64,000 nucleotides of DNA, taken from NCBI GenBank assembly GCA_038207085.1, contig JBBRAE010000002.1, positions 141,708 through 205,707 of the forward strand, read 5' to 3'. Source of the DNA: Armatimonadota bacterium. GTDB lineage: Bacteria > Armatimonadota > UBA5829 > DTLH01. How positions within the stretch are numbered: position 1 is the stretch's first letter; the number at the start of each line of letters is the position of its first letter. Made by a program: the position numbers and the translations under genes. The notes below the pieces were generated by a model. That model did no database searches, was not told the DNA's origin, and saw only the letters and a program-made list of their open reading frames with translations. Shown piece after piece: positions 46,550-57,508 of the stretch.

Positions 46550-47773
46550 ATGCACGGAACGGCGCTGCTCGGTTATCTTATACTGATTCTCGTCGCGGCA
46601 AGGGTCGGCGGGGAGATCGCTTGCCGCTTCAAACAACCAGCCGTCCTGGGTGAGCTTGTCGCTGGGATTTTGCTCGGGCTTTTGCCGTTTATCAGGCCAG
46701 CGGTCTCAAGCGAGACGGTGCTCTTTATCGCCGAAATCGGGGTTATTCTCCTGCTGTTTGAGGTGGGGCTCGACAGCGAACTCGGGGAGTTCTTGAAGGT
46801 CGGCAAGCCTGCGATGCTGGTCGCGATTATCGGTGTGTGTTTTCCGCTTGCGCTCTGCTATGCAGTTATGAAGGCGCTTTCCTACCCGACCTCGATCGCG
46901 CTGTTTCTAGGTGGGACGCTTACGGCTACAAGCGTTGGGATCACGGCGCGGGTGTTCTCCGACCTTCGCAGGATGCAGAGCAACGAGGCGAAGATCGTGA
47001 TCGGCGCTGCTGTGGTCGATGACATTCTGGGGCTATTGGTTCTTGCAGTGGTCGGGGCGATGGCTGGGACAGCCGCAGGAGAGTCGGCGCGCAACCCGAT
47101 ATTCACAATCGCCCTTGCGATAGGGTTTCTCGTAGTCGCGGTGATAGCGGGCCTGAAGTTTGCGCCGTTTTTCCTCGGGGTCGCAAAACGGATGCAGGGG
47201 CGGGGAGTGGTCGCGGTAAGTGCTTTTATCTTCGGCCTGGTTGTGGCGTATCTCGGCACGCTTGTCGGGCTTGCGGCGATTGTCGGGGCGTTTGCGGCGG
47301 GGCTTATTCTCGCCTCGACCGAGCACCGTTACCACATAACTGAGCGAATCCAGCCCGTCGCCGATATATTCGCGCCCGTCTTCTTCACTGTGGTCGGTAT
47401 GCAGGTCGACTTGCGCTACCTGAACCCGTCGCATCCCGGTGCGTGGAAGGTGCTTGGGCTTGCGCTGCTCTTTTTCGCAATCGCCGTCCCGACCAAGCTT
47501 GCGGCAGGCATGGGAGCGGTGAAGAAGGGTGTGAACAAGCTGACGGTCGGTATCGCGATGATCCCGCGCGGCGAGGTGGGCCTGATCTTTGCAAATGTGG
47601 GCTTTCACGCGAGGCCGCAGGTGCTCACCCCTGAGCTTTACAGCGCGATGGTGATCGCCATTATGCTGACGACGCTGATTACCCCGCCGTGGCTGAAGGC
47701 TCAGATTTTCCGCAGTCGCAGGCGAAACTCAGCTGTGCATGATGAAGAGGCAGTCGTCGAGTCTGTCACCTAG
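46550..47773 (+). CDS. CPA2 cation:proton antiporter
   Basis: QPAVLGEL.AG, ATSVGIT, AAVVDDILG, MIPRGEVGL. Confidence 0.93.
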   Translation: MHGTALLGYLILILVAARVGGEIACRFKQPAVLGELVAGILLGLLPFIRPAVSSETVLFIAEIGVILLLFEVGLDSELGEFLKVGKPAMLVAIIGVCFPLALCYAVMKALSYPTSIALFLGGTLTATSVGITARVFSDLRRMQSNEAKIVIGAAVVDDILGLLVLAVVGAMAGTAAGESARNPIFTIALAIGFLVVAVIAGLKFAPFFLGVAKRMQGRGVVAVSAFIFGLVVAYLGTLVGLAAIVGAFAAGLILASTEHRYHITERIQPVADIFAPVFFTVVGMQVDLRYLNPSHPGAWKVLGLALLFFAIAVPTKLAAGMGAVKKGVNKLTVGIAMIPRGEVGLIFANVGFHARPQVLTPELYSAMVIAIMLTTLITPPWLKAQIFRSRRRNSAVHDEEAVVESVT

Positions 47774-47995
47774 ATTTTTTTCTTCGCTTGTACCGAGCGC
47801 ATATCCTGACAGCTGGGCTCCGAATCGGCAGATTAGTCCGACACTAGAGGACTTTCACCAGAGGAGACTGTCGCGTTTTTTGCCCGTGAGGAGAAGAGAC
47901 CTGCTGCTTGACGGTAATCTCCTGTGCGAAAACGGGGCGAACTTTGCGATTCACCCCGTTTCATAACTGGCTACTGGCGACTAGCCACTAGCTGC

Positions 47996-50446
47996 TTATA
48001 CCAATTTGTCACCGTCGAGCAGCGCAAGCTCAAGCACTTCGTCGGCGTGCTCTACCAGCTTGAAGGTCATATCCGCTACGACGTTCTCCGGTATCTCCTC
48101 TAGGTCTTTTTCGTTCTCCTTGGGGAGAATCACCGTGCGGATGCCCGCTCGGTGGGCGGCCAGGACTTTTTCTTTCAGACCGCCGATTGGGAGCACTCGG
48201 CCGCGGAGCGTGATCTCGCCGGTCATGGCTACGTCTTTTCGTATCCGGCGCTTGGTGATCGCCGACGCTAGAGCGGTCGCCATCGTGATTCCGGCACTGG
48301 GGCCGTCCTTGGGGACTGCGCCCGCCGGGACGTGGATGTGGACGTCGGTGCGCTGGGTGAACTCCTCGTCGATGTCGAGAAGCCTCGCGCGGGAGCGAAT
48401 ATAAGTCATCGCGGCTTGAGCGGACTCTTTCATCACGTCGCCCAACTGGCCTGTAAGGATCAAACGGCCCTCGTTTGACTTCATCAGCCCGACCTCGATC
48501 TGCATCACGTCGCCACCAAACTCGGTGTAGGCAAGGCCCGTCGCCGCGCCCACTTCGTCTTTTTCTTCGGCCATTCCGTAGTGGTACTTGCGCGCGCCGA
48601 GGTAGGTCTTTAGATCGTCCACGCCGACTGTAACTTTGTCGGTCTTGCCTTCGGCCACCTTTTTGGCGACCTTGCGGCAGATGGATGCGATCTCGCGCTC
48701 CAGACCACGCACGCCAGCCTCACGGGTGTACTCGCGCACGAGCTTGCGAAGCGCGGCGTCTTCAAAGGCGATGTTTTCGCACGTCAGGCCGTTTTCTCCG
48801 AGCTGCTTGGGCACGAGGTAGTGCAGGGCGATCTGAAGTTTCTCATCCTCGATGTACCCCGCAAACGGGATCACTTCCATCCGGTCGCGCAATGGCGGCG
48901 GGATGGTGTCGAGGAGGTTCGCCGTGGTGATGAACATCACGTCGGAGAGGTCAAAGGGCACCTCAAGGTAGTGATCGGAAAATGCGTTGTTCTGCTCCGG
49001 GTCAAGCGCCTCAAGAAGCGCGGAACTCGGGTCGCCCCTGAAGTCCTGACCGATCTTGTCGATCTCGTCGAGCATGAAGACCGGGTTGCGGAAGCCAGAC
49101 TGCTTGATTCCCTGGATGATTCTGCCAGGAAGCGCGCCGACGTAGGTGCGGCGGTGGCCCCTGATCTCGGCCTCGTCGCGGATGCCGCCGAGTGATATCC
49201 GGTGGAACTTGCGCCCGAGCGCCCGGGCGATAGACTTGCCGATCGAGGTCTTGCCGACTCCTGGAGGTCCCACAAAGCAGAGGATCGGCCCGCGCATCTT
49301 GCCAGAGAGCTTGCGCACCGCGAGAAACTCGAGGACACGCTCTTTGACCCGGGCGAGGCCGTAGTGGTCGGCGTCGAGGATAGCCTGCGCCGCATCGATC
49401 TCGATTGTCTCGGGCGATGTTTTGTCCCAGGGAAGGGTGGTCAGCCAGTCGAGATAGGTGCGCACTACCACGCCGTCAGGCGCAGCGTAGGGCATCTTCT
49501 CAAGGCGGTCGACCTCTTTTAAGGCGCGCTCAGTGACCTCATGAGGCATTTTTGCCTCAGCGATCTTGATCTTATACTCTTCGATCTCGCTTGTGCGCTC
49601 GTCGCGGTCGCCGAGCTCCTGCTGGATGGCTTTTAGCTGTTCGCGCAGGATAAACTCTTTTTGGGTGTCCCCCATCTCTTTTTCGACCCTTGATCGGATA
49701 TTCTTGTGGATCTCAAGGATCTCGACCTCGCGCGCGAGGACGACGTTTAGCCGCTCCAGCCGCTGGTCGACCGAAAGCGCCTCCAGTATCTCCTGCTTGG
49801 CAGCGACGGGGACGCCGAGGTGGTGGGCGACGGTGTCGCAGAGGCGGCCGGCTTCGCTGATGCTTGCGACGGTGATGATCGCCTCGGGCGGGATCGTTCG
49901 GCTGTTTTGCACGACGATCTCGAACTGTCGGAGCACTTCGCGCCGCTGTGCCTCGACTTCGACTCCGTTCGCGGCCTTCTCAGCAAGAGGTTTGATCTGG
50001 GCCTTCAAAAACGGGTCGGTGTGCACGAACTTGACGACCTTGACCCGCGCGACGCCTTCAAGCATCAGGCGAACCGCGCCGTCGGGGACGCGCAAAACCT
50101 GCATAACCTCGACCACGAGGCCGATGTCGTAGAGGTCCTCGGGCTCCGGGTCCTCGGTCCCGATCTCATGCTGGGAGAGCAGGATCATCTTGCGGTTCTT
50201 CCCGATCGCCTCGTCAAGGCTCCTGATGGACTTCTCGCGCCCGACAAGGAGCGGAAAAAGCATCTGTGGGAAGTACACCTGGTCGCGCACCGGCACGACG
50301 GGTAGCACCCGAGGCAGCCGGGTCTTTACTGGCCCGCGCGGCTCGTCGTCGATCATAAGTTCTTCAATCAGGGCAGTGTCCTGTATCATAATCTCTTGTT
50401 CCGTGGCGCTATCCGCGCCGTCTCTTAAAGGTCTATCGCGGCGCAA
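47996..50446 (-). CDS. lon: Lon protease
   Basis: [23 protein letters not shown]; the true start may be ATG 50389. Confidence 0.97.
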   Translation of the reverse strand: MRRDRPLRDGADSATEQEIMIQDTALIEELMIDDEPRGPVKTRLPRVLPVVPVRDQVYFPQMLFPLLVGREKSIRSLDEAIGKNRKMILLSQHEIGTEDPEPEDLYDIGLVVEVMQVLRVPDGAVRLMLEGVARVKVVKFVHTDPFLKAQIKPLAEKAANGVEVEAQRREVLRQFEIVVQNSRTIPPEAIITVASISEAGRLCDTVAHHLGVPVAAKQEILEALSVDQRLERLNVVLAREVEILEIHKNIRSRVEKEMGDTQKEFILREQLKAIQQELGDRDERTSEIEEYKIKIAEAKMPHEVTERALKEVDRLEKMPYAAPDGVVVRTYLDWLTTLPWDKTSPETIEIDAAQAILDADHYGLARVKERVLEFLAVRKLSGKMRGPILCFVGPPGVGKTSIGKSIARALGRKFHRISLGGIRDEAEIRGHRRTYVGALPGRIIQGIKQSGFRNPVFMLDEIDKIGQDFRGDPSSALLEALDPEQNNAFSDHYLEVPFDLSDVMFITTANLLDTIPPPLRDRMEVIPFAGYIEDEKLQIALHYLVPKQLGENGLTCENIAFEDAALRKLVREYTREAGVRGLEREIASICRKVAKKVAEGKTDKVTVGVDDLKTYLGARKYHYGMAEEKDEVGAATGLAYTEFGGDVMQIEVGLMKSNEGRLILTGQLGDVMKESAQAAMTYIRSRARLLDIDEEFTQRTDVHIHVPAGAVPKDGPSAGITMATALASAITKRRIRKDVAMTGEITLRGRVLPIGGLKEKVLAAHRAGIRTVILPKENEKDLEEIPENVVADMTFKLVEHADEVLELALLDGDKLV

Positions 50447-50527
50447 GCGCCATTTGCGATATGAGAATCAAGCCCGGCAGTTGCGCCGCCGGGCTTTGTA
50501 GAGTTCGATTTGTAGGTGAATTGTAGC

Positions 50528-51790
50528 CTAGGAGGCCGCCTTCATCTCGCTGTGGGTAACGAGTGTCGGCTCCTTTTTTTCTGTGATCGTCTCAGCGCTC
50601 ACAATGCACTGTTTGATGTCCTGGGTGGAAGGCACCTCATACATGATGTTCAGCATCGCTTCTTCGATGATCGTTCGAAGCGCCCTTGCGCCGGTCCGGC
50701 GCTTCATCGCTTCGCCCGCGATCGCTTCGAGCGCATCGTCGGTGAAGACGAGGTCGACGCCATCATACTCGAAGAACTTGTGATACTGCTTTACAAGCGA
50801 GTTTTTCGGCTCGACAAGGATCTTCTTCAGTGAGTCCTGATCGAGCTCCTGAAGTGTGGAGACGACCGGAAGGCGGCCGATAAACTCGGGTATAAGTCCG
50901 TATTTGAGCAGGTCCTCGGGCATTACCTGGTTGAACAGGTCGCCGACGCTCATCGCTTTCTTGCTCTGCACGTCAGCTCTAAAGCCCATATTGGACTTGC
51001 CGATCCTGCGCTCGATGATCTGGTCGAGCCCTTCAAACGCGCCGCCGACGATAAAGAGAACCTCTCTTGTGTCGATCTGCACGTATTCCTGCTGCGGGTG
51101 CTTGCGTCCCCCCTGCGGAGGCACGTTTGCAACCGTTCCCTCAAGGATCTTGAGGAGCGCCTGCTGGACCCCTTCGCCGGAGACATCCCGGGTGATCGAC
51201 GGGTTTTCGGCCTTGCGGGATATCTTGTCGATCTCGTCGATGTAGATGATGCCCCGCTGAGCGTTTTTCACCGTCGCCTGGATGCTTTCGCCGGTATCCG
51301 CGGCCTGAAGGAGCTTGAGAAGAATGTTTTCGACGTCCTCGCCGACGTAGCCAGCCTCGGTAAGGGAGGTGGCGTCAGCCATAGCGAACGGGACGTTCAA
51401 AATGCGAGCGAGCGTCTGGGCAAGAAGCGTTTTGCCGCTTCCCGTCGGCCCGATCAAAAGGATATTAGACTTCTGCAGCTCAACGTCCGAACTCGGCGCG
51501 TTGATGCGTTTGAAGTGGTTGTACACCGCCACCGAAAGCGATCTCTTCGCCTTCTCCTGGCCAATGACGTACTGACTCAGGATTCGGTAGATCTCCTTTG
51601 GTTTGGGGATGCTGCCGATGGCAAACTCCTCGGGCTGGCTCGCCTCTCCCTTGACTATCTCGTTACAAAGCCCGATACAGTCAAGACAGACACCACCATA
51701 GACGCCGAGAATTAGTTTCCGTACTTGTTCGCGACTCTTTCCGCAAAGGGCACAGCGCCCATCGTTGCGATCATAACCGACCCTAGCCAA
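50528..51790 (-). CDS. clpX: ATP-dependent Clp protease ATP-binding subunit ClpX
   Basis: N-terminal C4 zinc finger, [27 protein letters not shown]. Confidence 0.98.
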   Translation of the reverse strand: MARVGYDRNDGRCALCGKSREQVRKLILGVYGGVCLDCIGLCNEIVKGEASQPEEFAIGSIPKPKEIYRILSQYVIGQEKAKRSLSVAVYNHFKRINAPSSDVELQKSNILLIGPTGSGKTLLAQTLARILNVPFAMADATSLTEAGYVGEDVENILLKLLQAADTGESIQATVKNAQRGIIYIDEIDKISRKAENPSITRDVSGEGVQQALLKILEGTVANVPPQGGRKHPQQEYVQIDTREVLFIVGGAFEGLDQIIERRIGKSNMGFRADVQSKKAMSVGDLFNQVMPEDLLKYGLIPEFIGRLPVVSTLQELDQDSLKKILVEPKNSLVKQYHKFFEYDGVDLVFTDDALEAIAGEAMKRRTGARALRTIIEEAMLNIMYEVPSTQDIKQCIVSAETITEKKEPTLVTHSEMKAAS

Positions 51791-51998
51791 CTGGCGGTCT
51801 CCTTCTCTAAGACCAGCAGGAAGTGCAGAGTGCAGAGTTCAATGAGTTGGGATGGACCGGAGTCCACCCCAACATTTCACTTTACACTTGGCGCTTCGCG
51901 CTGTTATTTCTTTGGCCCGGGGAACACAGTCTCCGAAACCCCTCCGCAAACGGCAATCATTGCTGTCTGCGTCCCCACCGTAGCGGCTGCCACGGTGC

Positions 51999-52595
51999 TT
52001 AAGATGATGGTGATACTACTTTTCGCTCTATCACCTTATCTACTATACCGTACTCTACGGCTTCTTCGGGAGACATATAATAATCTCTATCGATATCTTT
52101 TTCAACGCGCTCCGGCGGCTGGCCTGAGTGCTCGGCAAGGAGCTTCACGTACAGCGACTTGTACCGAAGCACTTCGCGCGCCACGATGTCGATGTCAGAA
52201 GGCGTGCCATGGAACCCGGCGGACCCCTGATGGATCATGATTCTCGAGTTCGGCAGTGCGAACCTCTTGCCTCTGGTTCCGCCGGCAAGGAGGATCGCCC
52301 CCATGCTCATAGCGTGACCAACGCACGAGGTCGCGATGTCAGGCTTGATGACCTGCATCGTATCGTAGATCGCAAGCCCCGCGATCACCGACCCACCCGG
52401 GCTGTTGATGTAGAGCTCGATGTCTCTGTCCGGGTCCTCCTTCTCAAGGAAGAGCAACTGTGCGACAACGAGGTTTGCGATATCGTCGTCGATCGGTGTG
52501 CCGATAAAGATGATCCTATCCTTGAGCAAGCGAGAATAAATATCGTACGCCCTTTCTCCACGGGCGCTCTGTTCAACTACCATTGGAACGAGCAT
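51999..52595 (-). CDS. clpP: Clp protease proteolytic subunit
   Basis: [34 protein letters not shown]. Confidence 0.98.
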   Translation of the reverse strand: MLVPMVVEQSARGERAYDIYSRLLKDRIIFIGTPIDDDIANLVVAQLLFLEKEDPDRDIELYINSPGGSVIAGLAIYDTMQVIKPDIATSCVGHAMSMGAILLAGGTRGKRFALPNSRIMIHQGSAGFHGTPSDIDIVAREVLRYKSLYVKLLAEHSGQPPERVEKDIDRDYYMSPEEAVEYGIVDKVIERKVVSPSS

Positions 52596-52652
52596 TAGGT
52601 ATCCTGACTCCTTTCGGGATGAGCTCTGATTTCCTGGCGCCGGTCGAAGAGG

Positions 52653-53960
52653 CTAGCTCTTCTTCTTACTCTTGGCGCTTACATTCTTAATATTGGAAGC
52701 CGCGAGCAGAAACTCCAGCACTTTATTGCGCTCAACCCGATGTTTTATCTGATGGCGGCCGTCGGTCTTATCGAGATAAGCCGCAAACGACTCCACCGGG
52801 TAACCGTTTTCTGCTGCCATCTTGGTGATCTCCGCCTCAACGTCCTCGTCGGTGACTTCGATCTTTTCTTTGACAGTGATCTTGTCGAGCACCTGGCTGA
52901 TCTTGATATCGTGCTCAGCCGATTTCTCTACGCTCTCTCTTACATCTTCAAAGCTCTTGTTAGTGTACCTGAGGTAGTCCTCTAGGCTGATCTTGCGCTG
53001 CTCAAGGTCTGCAACCAGATCCTGCAGTCTGTGTGCGACCTCATGGTCGAGCATGACCTGCGGGAACTCCACAGTCGAGCCCTCGGCGATCTTTTCGATG
53101 ATCTGCGTCTCGACCTGCCTGTCGGCCAGATCGCCCGCAGCTTTTTCCATCGACTCCCTGATCTTTGCCTTCAGGTCGGCGACAGTCTCGACGTTCTGCT
53201 CGCTTGCGCCGGTGATCTCCTTGACGAGATCGTCGGTCAGCTCAGGGATCAGGCGCTCTTTGACATCTGTCACAGTGACGGTTGTGCTGCCGGTCGACCC
53301 TGCGATTTCCTTGTCTTCGTAGTCCTCAGGGTAGACCAGATCGATCGACTTGGTCTCTCCCTTGGTCATTCCTGTGAGTCCAGCGTCAAAGCTCTGCAGG
53401 TTCTTGCCAACTTCGATTACGGTCTCACGTGCCTCGCCGCCCGGCTCGGCTATCTGTACAAGCAGCAGGTCTCCGACTTGTGCGGGCCGCTCGACGGGCT
53501 CCACTTTGGCCATTCTCTCGCGCATGCCGTTGATCTGGCCGTCGATGTCCTCATCGGTGACCGGCGGGATCAGCTTGTCGATCTTGAGCTTTGTGTATTC
53601 CCCAAGTTCAACCGTAGGAGCAAGCGGAATGACGGCCTTGAACTTGAAAGGCTCTGTATCCGATAATTGTAATACCTCGTATTCGGCGTCTCCAAACGGC
53701 TCTACGCCGCTCTCTTCGACAGCTTTCTCGTAGGCGGGGGGCACGAGCAGGTGGGCGACTCGCTCCATGACGTGGGGGGTATCCACATACTTCTCAAGCA
53801 GGCTTCTTGGGGCCTTGCCCTTTCGGAATCCCGGGACCGCGGTATATTTGCCGATCTCGCGATAGGCGTCACTGTACGCCTTTTTGACCTGGTCGAGTTC
53901 TACTTCGACCTCCATTGTCATTTCACACGGTTTGGTTTGCTCTTGCTGAGTTATAAGCAC
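52653..53960 (-). CDS. tig: Trigger factor
   Basis: PGFRKGKAP signature; tig-clpP-clpX-lon synteny. Confidence 0.95.
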   Translation of the reverse strand: MLITQQEQTKPCEMTMEVEVELDQVKKAYSDAYREIGKYTAVPGFRKGKAPRSLLEKYVDTPHVMERVAHLLVPPAYEKAVEESGVEPFGDAEYEVLQLSDTEPFKFKAVIPLAPTVELGEYTKLKIDKLIPPVTDEDIDGQINGMRERMAKVEPVERPAQVGDLLLVQIAEPGGEARETVIEVGKNLQSFDAGLTGMTKGETKSIDLVYPEDYEDKEIAGSTGSTTVTVTDVKERLIPELTDDLVKEITGASEQNVETVADLKAKIRESMEKAAGDLADRQVETQIIEKIAEGSTVEFPQVMLDHEVAHRLQDLVADLEQRKISLEDYLRYTNKSFEDVRESVEKSAEHDIKISQVLDKITVKEKIEVTDEDVEAEITKMAAENGYPVESFAAYLDKTDGRHQIKHRVERNKVLEFLLAASNIKNVSAKSKKKS

Positions 53961-54284
53961 TGTATGTCTCCAAATAAGTCGGAAGCTCCGGGTTCGGCTT
54001 CCATCTGATAGCCCGCTATAAAGCTATTGCTAGCGGAGCATTGTTCACGTTTATCGTGGACAATGCTGGATAGTCCACTGGGCGTAAGCGCAAATGTTGT
54101 TCCCATTTGCGTGGACTTTGTCCTACCCACAAACAAAAAACAGGATACAGGATATAAGATAGCGTTCTCGAAGTTGAGAATCTATCCTCTATCCCATATC
54201 CTGCCACTTCAGGTCAGCGGCAATTTGGCCGCTTTTGGGTGCGTTCGACGGAGACTTAAGCTCCATCGTCTTCACCCTGAATTA

Positions 54285-54359
<75 letters not shown>

Positions 54360-54397
54360 GTGATTCTGACCTATTAAGTTTTTGCGCTCCTTCGAGC

Positions 54398-54481
54398 TGG
54401 TGGGCGAGGCGAGAGTTGAACTCGCACGCCTCTCGGCACTAGATCCTAAGTCTAGCGTGTCTGCCATTCCACCACTCGCCC
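54398..54481 (-). tRNA. tRNA-Leu(TAG)
   Basis: GGGCGAGTGGTGGAATGGCAGACACGCTAGACTTAGGATCTAG, long variable arm, CCA end. Confidence 0.97.
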
Positions 54482-54492
54482 AATAGAAACGG

Positions 54493-54568
<76 letters not shown>

Positions 54569-54593
54569 AGGCATGCTCATCGAACCGGCTCTC

Positions 54594-54708
54594 ATTATAC
54601 CACTTGCTCTCAGTTGGCGTCAACAAGACTAAAACCAGCCGCACGGCTGATCCGACCACAATCCTCACGAGCAAAAAGATTATACCAGACCACTTTAATG
54701 TCTGTCAA
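54594..54708 (-). promoter_or_regulatory. Tandem sigma70 promoters of the tRNA cluster
   Basis: TTGACG-N18-TATAAT (54594-54623) and TTGACA-N18-TATAAT (54679-54708), both with TGG before the -10. Confidence 0.75.
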
Positions 54709-54822
54709 CAGCATTTGACCCGGCAGTTATACGGGAAAGTGGGGGAGGTCAGAGTTGAGTGTTCAGAGTGCAGAGTAGGGGGATGCCTCTTTGACTCTGA
54801 ACTCTTCACTCTGAACTACTTC

Positions 54823-55341
54823 CTATGCTACTCCCAGTGTCTCTTTGCCCGGTTCCCACTCCACGGGGCAGAGCTGCCCGGTCTGCAGAGCCGAGAGGAC
54901 CCGGAGGATCTCGTCTACGCTTCGCCCGACGTTCAGGTTGTGCACCGCCTGATACTGGATCTTGCCGTGGGGGTCGATGATGAACGTCCCGCGAAGGGCG
55001 ATGCCCTGGCCTTCGATCAATATCCCATAGTCGCGGCTGACTTCCTTGGTGAGGTCCGAAAGCATTGGGAAGTTGATCTTGCCGATCGTCTCGGTCCATG
55101 CCTTGTGCGCGTATTTGCTGTCGGTGCTCGCACCAAGGAGCACACCGTCGAGGTCCTCGATCTCTTTGACTCTGCGACTGAACTCGAGAATTTCGGTCGG
55201 GCAGATAAATGTAAAATCAAGAGGCCAGAAGAAAAGCACTACCCATTTTCCCATGAAATCGGATAGACCGACCTCGACAAACTCGCCGTCTCGTATGCCC
55301 TCAAGCTTGAAGTCGGGCGCCTGCTGTCCCACCTGAATCAT
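54823..55341 (-). CDS. ahpC: Typical 2-Cys peroxiredoxin
   Basis: FWPLDFTFICPTEI, GRSVDEILR, LCPVEW. Confidence 0.93.
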   Translation of the reverse strand: MIQVGQQAPDFKLEGIRDGEFVEVGLSDFMGKWVVLFFWPLDFTFICPTEILEFSRRVKEIEDLDGVLLGASTDSKYAHKAWTETIGKINFPMLSDLTKEVSRDYGILIEGQGIALRGTFIIDPHGKIQYQAVHNLNVGRSVDEILRVLSALQTGQLCPVEWEPGKETLGVA

Positions 55342-55397
55342 TGTGTATTGCTCCCTTCAGATACAGTTACCCGGCGCTGTTCGCCGGGATTATGTGT

Positions 55398-55424
55398 ATA
55401 CCCCAACAAGGTCAACGGTAAAAC
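55398..55424 (-). promoter_or_regulatory. SigB/SigF-like promoter candidate GTTT-N17-GGGTAT upstream of the peroxiredoxin
   Basis: About 56 nt upstream of the start codon. Confidence 0.55.
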
Positions 55425-55452
55425 GGGGAAGTCGCTAGTAGTCAGTGGCTAG

Positions 55453-55485
55453 CCCGCTTTATTCGTGAAGCGAATAAAGCTCTCG
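55453..55485 (-). mobile_element. Half copy (single hairpin) of the 73-bp MITE-like element
   Basis: CTAG-CCCGCTTTATTCGTGAAGCGAATAAAGCTCTCG-CTAG. Confidence 0.75.
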
Positions 55486-55616
55486 CTAGCCCGGACTTGG
55501 CTACTGGCGACTATCATGTTTTCCTGGCAAGTTTACGGGTATAATGCACAGGTCTATGCACAGACTGTGTCGGCGATGGCGGGCACGAAACCACGATGTG
55601 AAGGGAGAATTAAGTT

Positions 55617-56456
55617 ATGAAGAAAGTTGTAATTGGGGTGATCTGTGCCGCGGTTGGCGCTTTGGCCGCCGCATCCGTGCCTGCGGCGCAGTTCACCAAC
55701 ACCACATTTCCGGTGTACCAGGCGTACCCGTCGGCAGCCTCGTCGATGCTGGTCAAGTTCAGTGGGTTTGGCGGAGCGACTCCGGTGGTTCGAGCGGCGC
55801 AGCCAGGGTTCTTTGATATCGACCCGGGGCTGAGCTGGAAGAACTACGTTTCGGCGGCTCGGGCGGGGCAGGTCTACACGCTAAAGAGCGTGGTCATGGT
55901 GAAACAGACCATGCAGCCGATCCAGTGCTCGGAGGTCTACGCGGCAAAAAAGATCACCCAGACGGGGTCGGGCATCAGGCTTCACTGGCCGCTGATGTAC
56001 GAAGCGCCGGGGACCACCTGGAAGCTCACTATCCTCTACGGCACTAAGTTGCTCTGGAACAACGCCTACGTCCATCAGGACATCTGGGGCTGGAAGGTCG
56101 ACGCGAGCTTCGACAGCCTGAGCGACCTTTTGGTGCTCTTCCACGAGACGCCGTTCGGGCTCGACGAGGTGCCGCTGATTTCCGACGAAGTGCTGTTCCC
56201 CCAGCTTATGACTCTTGTCTCAAGCGCGAAGTCGGCCTATCTTGCCTCGAACAAGGCGCTTGCGGCTCAGTATCTGTCGGACTTTGAGCTTGAAGTCGCC
56301 GACCGGACGATCTCAAACTCGCCCACGACGCCGGTCACAAGCGGCTGGGAAGTGGGAATCGCCCAGACGAGCGAAAACCCCGCGGCGTGCAAGCTGCTGG
56401 TTGACGTGGAGTATCTGTTCGGCAAATACGGGCTCGGTCAGTGGGCGATCTATTGA
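55617..56456 (+). CDS. Secreted hypothetical protein
   Basis: Signal peptide MKKVVIGVICAAVGALAAA; GGGAG RBS; own terminator. Confidence 0.8.
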   Translation: MKKVVIGVICAAVGALAAASVPAAQFTNTTFPVYQAYPSAASSMLVKFSGFGGATPVVRAAQPGFFDIDPGLSWKNYVSAARAGQVYTLKSVVMVKQTMQPIQCSEVYAAKKITQTGSGIRLHWPLMYEAPGTTWKLTILYGTKLLWNNAYVHQDIWGWKVDASFDSLSDLLVLFHETPFGLDEVPLISDEVLFPQLMTLVSSAKSAYLASNKALAAQYLSDFELEVADRTISNSPTTPVTSGWEVGIAQTSENPAACKLLVDVEYLFGKYGLGQWAIY

Positions 56457-56469
56457 CGAGTTAAACGTA

Positions 56470-56503
56470 AAAGTGAGCCGGGGAGTGTTCTCCGGCTCAC
56501 TTT
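56470..56503. terminator. Bidirectional terminator hairpin
   Basis: AAAGTGAGCCGG..CCGGCTCACTTT between convergent genes. Confidence 0.75.
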
Positions 56504-56509
56504 ACCAAA

Positions 56510-57361
56510 CTATGACTCTTCGTCTTTGAGCGCGAGTGCTGCGGCGTAGACTTCGCGGCGGGGAAGCTTCATCTCGGCTGCAACCTGGCGGACGGAGTCG
56601 CGCTCGCTCATTCCGGAGCCGATAAGCTCCCGCAGTCGCTCCTCGACGCTCGCGCCTGAGGCTTCCTGCGCCGATGCCTCTTCAGGGGCTGCGCCCTCGA
56701 TGACCAGGGTGATCTCCCCACGGGCCTTGGGCAGTGTGAAGCGCTCTATTGCTTCTGTGATCGTCCCTCTGAAGACCTCTTCGAACATCTTGGTCGCCTC
56801 ACGCACAACTGCAACCTGCCTGTCACCGAGCACGGAGAGCGCCGACTTCAGGGTCGCAAGGAGCCTAAGCGGGGACTCATAAAGAATGATCGTTCGGGCA
56901 TCGGTGCGCAAGCCCCGAAAGAACGCTTTGCGGTCGCTTTCTTTTCTTGGGGGGAAGCCGTCAAAGGCAAAGTGCGCGGTGGGGAGCCCTGAGACGACGA
57001 TCGCGGTCGCCATCGCGTTTGCTCCTGGGATTGCGACTACGGGGACTCCTGAGTCTATCGCAAAGCGGATCAACTCGTGGCCGGGGTCGGATATACCGGG
57101 GGTTCCGGCGTCCGAGACCACTGCGACGTCGTTGCCCGCGAGGAGGCGTTCGAGGATCTCCTCAGAGCGCCGTCCCTTGCTGTGCTGGTGGTAGGCGGTG
57201 AGCGGCGTGTGGATATCGTAGTGCGAGAGCAACTTGCGGGTCACGCGAGTGTCCTCGGCGGCGATCAGCGCGACCTCTTTCAGGGTGCGGATCGCCCTAA
57301 GCGTGATATCCTCAAGGTTCCCGATTGGTGTCGATACAATATAGAGGGTGCCGTTTGGCAT
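56510..57361 (-). CDS. rsmI: 16S rRNA (cytidine1402-2'-O)-methyltransferase
   Basis: LYIVSTPIGNLEDIT.RA, AAEDTR, VSDAGTPGISDPG, YESP.R. Confidence 0.96.
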   Translation of the reverse strand: MPNGTLYIVSTPIGNLEDITLRAIRTLKEVALIAAEDTRVTRKLLSHYDIHTPLTAYHQHSKGRRSEEILERLLAGNDVAVVSDAGTPGISDPGHELIRFAIDSGVPVVAIPGANAMATAIVVSGLPTAHFAFDGFPPRKESDRKAFFRGLRTDARTIILYESPLRLLATLKSALSVLGDRQVAVVREATKMFEEVFRGTITEAIERFTLPKARGEITLVIEGAAPEEASAQEASGASVEERLRELIGSGMSERDSVRQVAAEMKLPRREVYAAALALKDEES

Positions 57362-57364
57362 TTC

Positions 57365-57495
57365 TTAGCTATTAGCTATTAGCTGTTAGCTATTAGCTAG
57401 TCTCCTGTCTACCAAAGAATAAGCCCCGGACAGAAGTGCCCGGGGCTGCATTTTCGATCAATCCGTCTGCCAAGAGCTAACAGCTAATAGCTAAC
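57365..57495. repeat. Inverted heptamer arrays (TAGCTAT / ATAGCTA) around an internal GC hairpin
   Basis: ttagctattagctattagctgttagctattagctag ... agctaacagctaatagctaac. Confidence 0.75.
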
Positions 57496-57508
57496 GGCCT
57501 ATTTGTAA

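Noticed and set aside
47775..47965. c-di-GMP riboswitch or ncRNA between the antiporter and lon
   Set aside because: Consensus elements are incomplete; only a terminator-like hairpin is supportable
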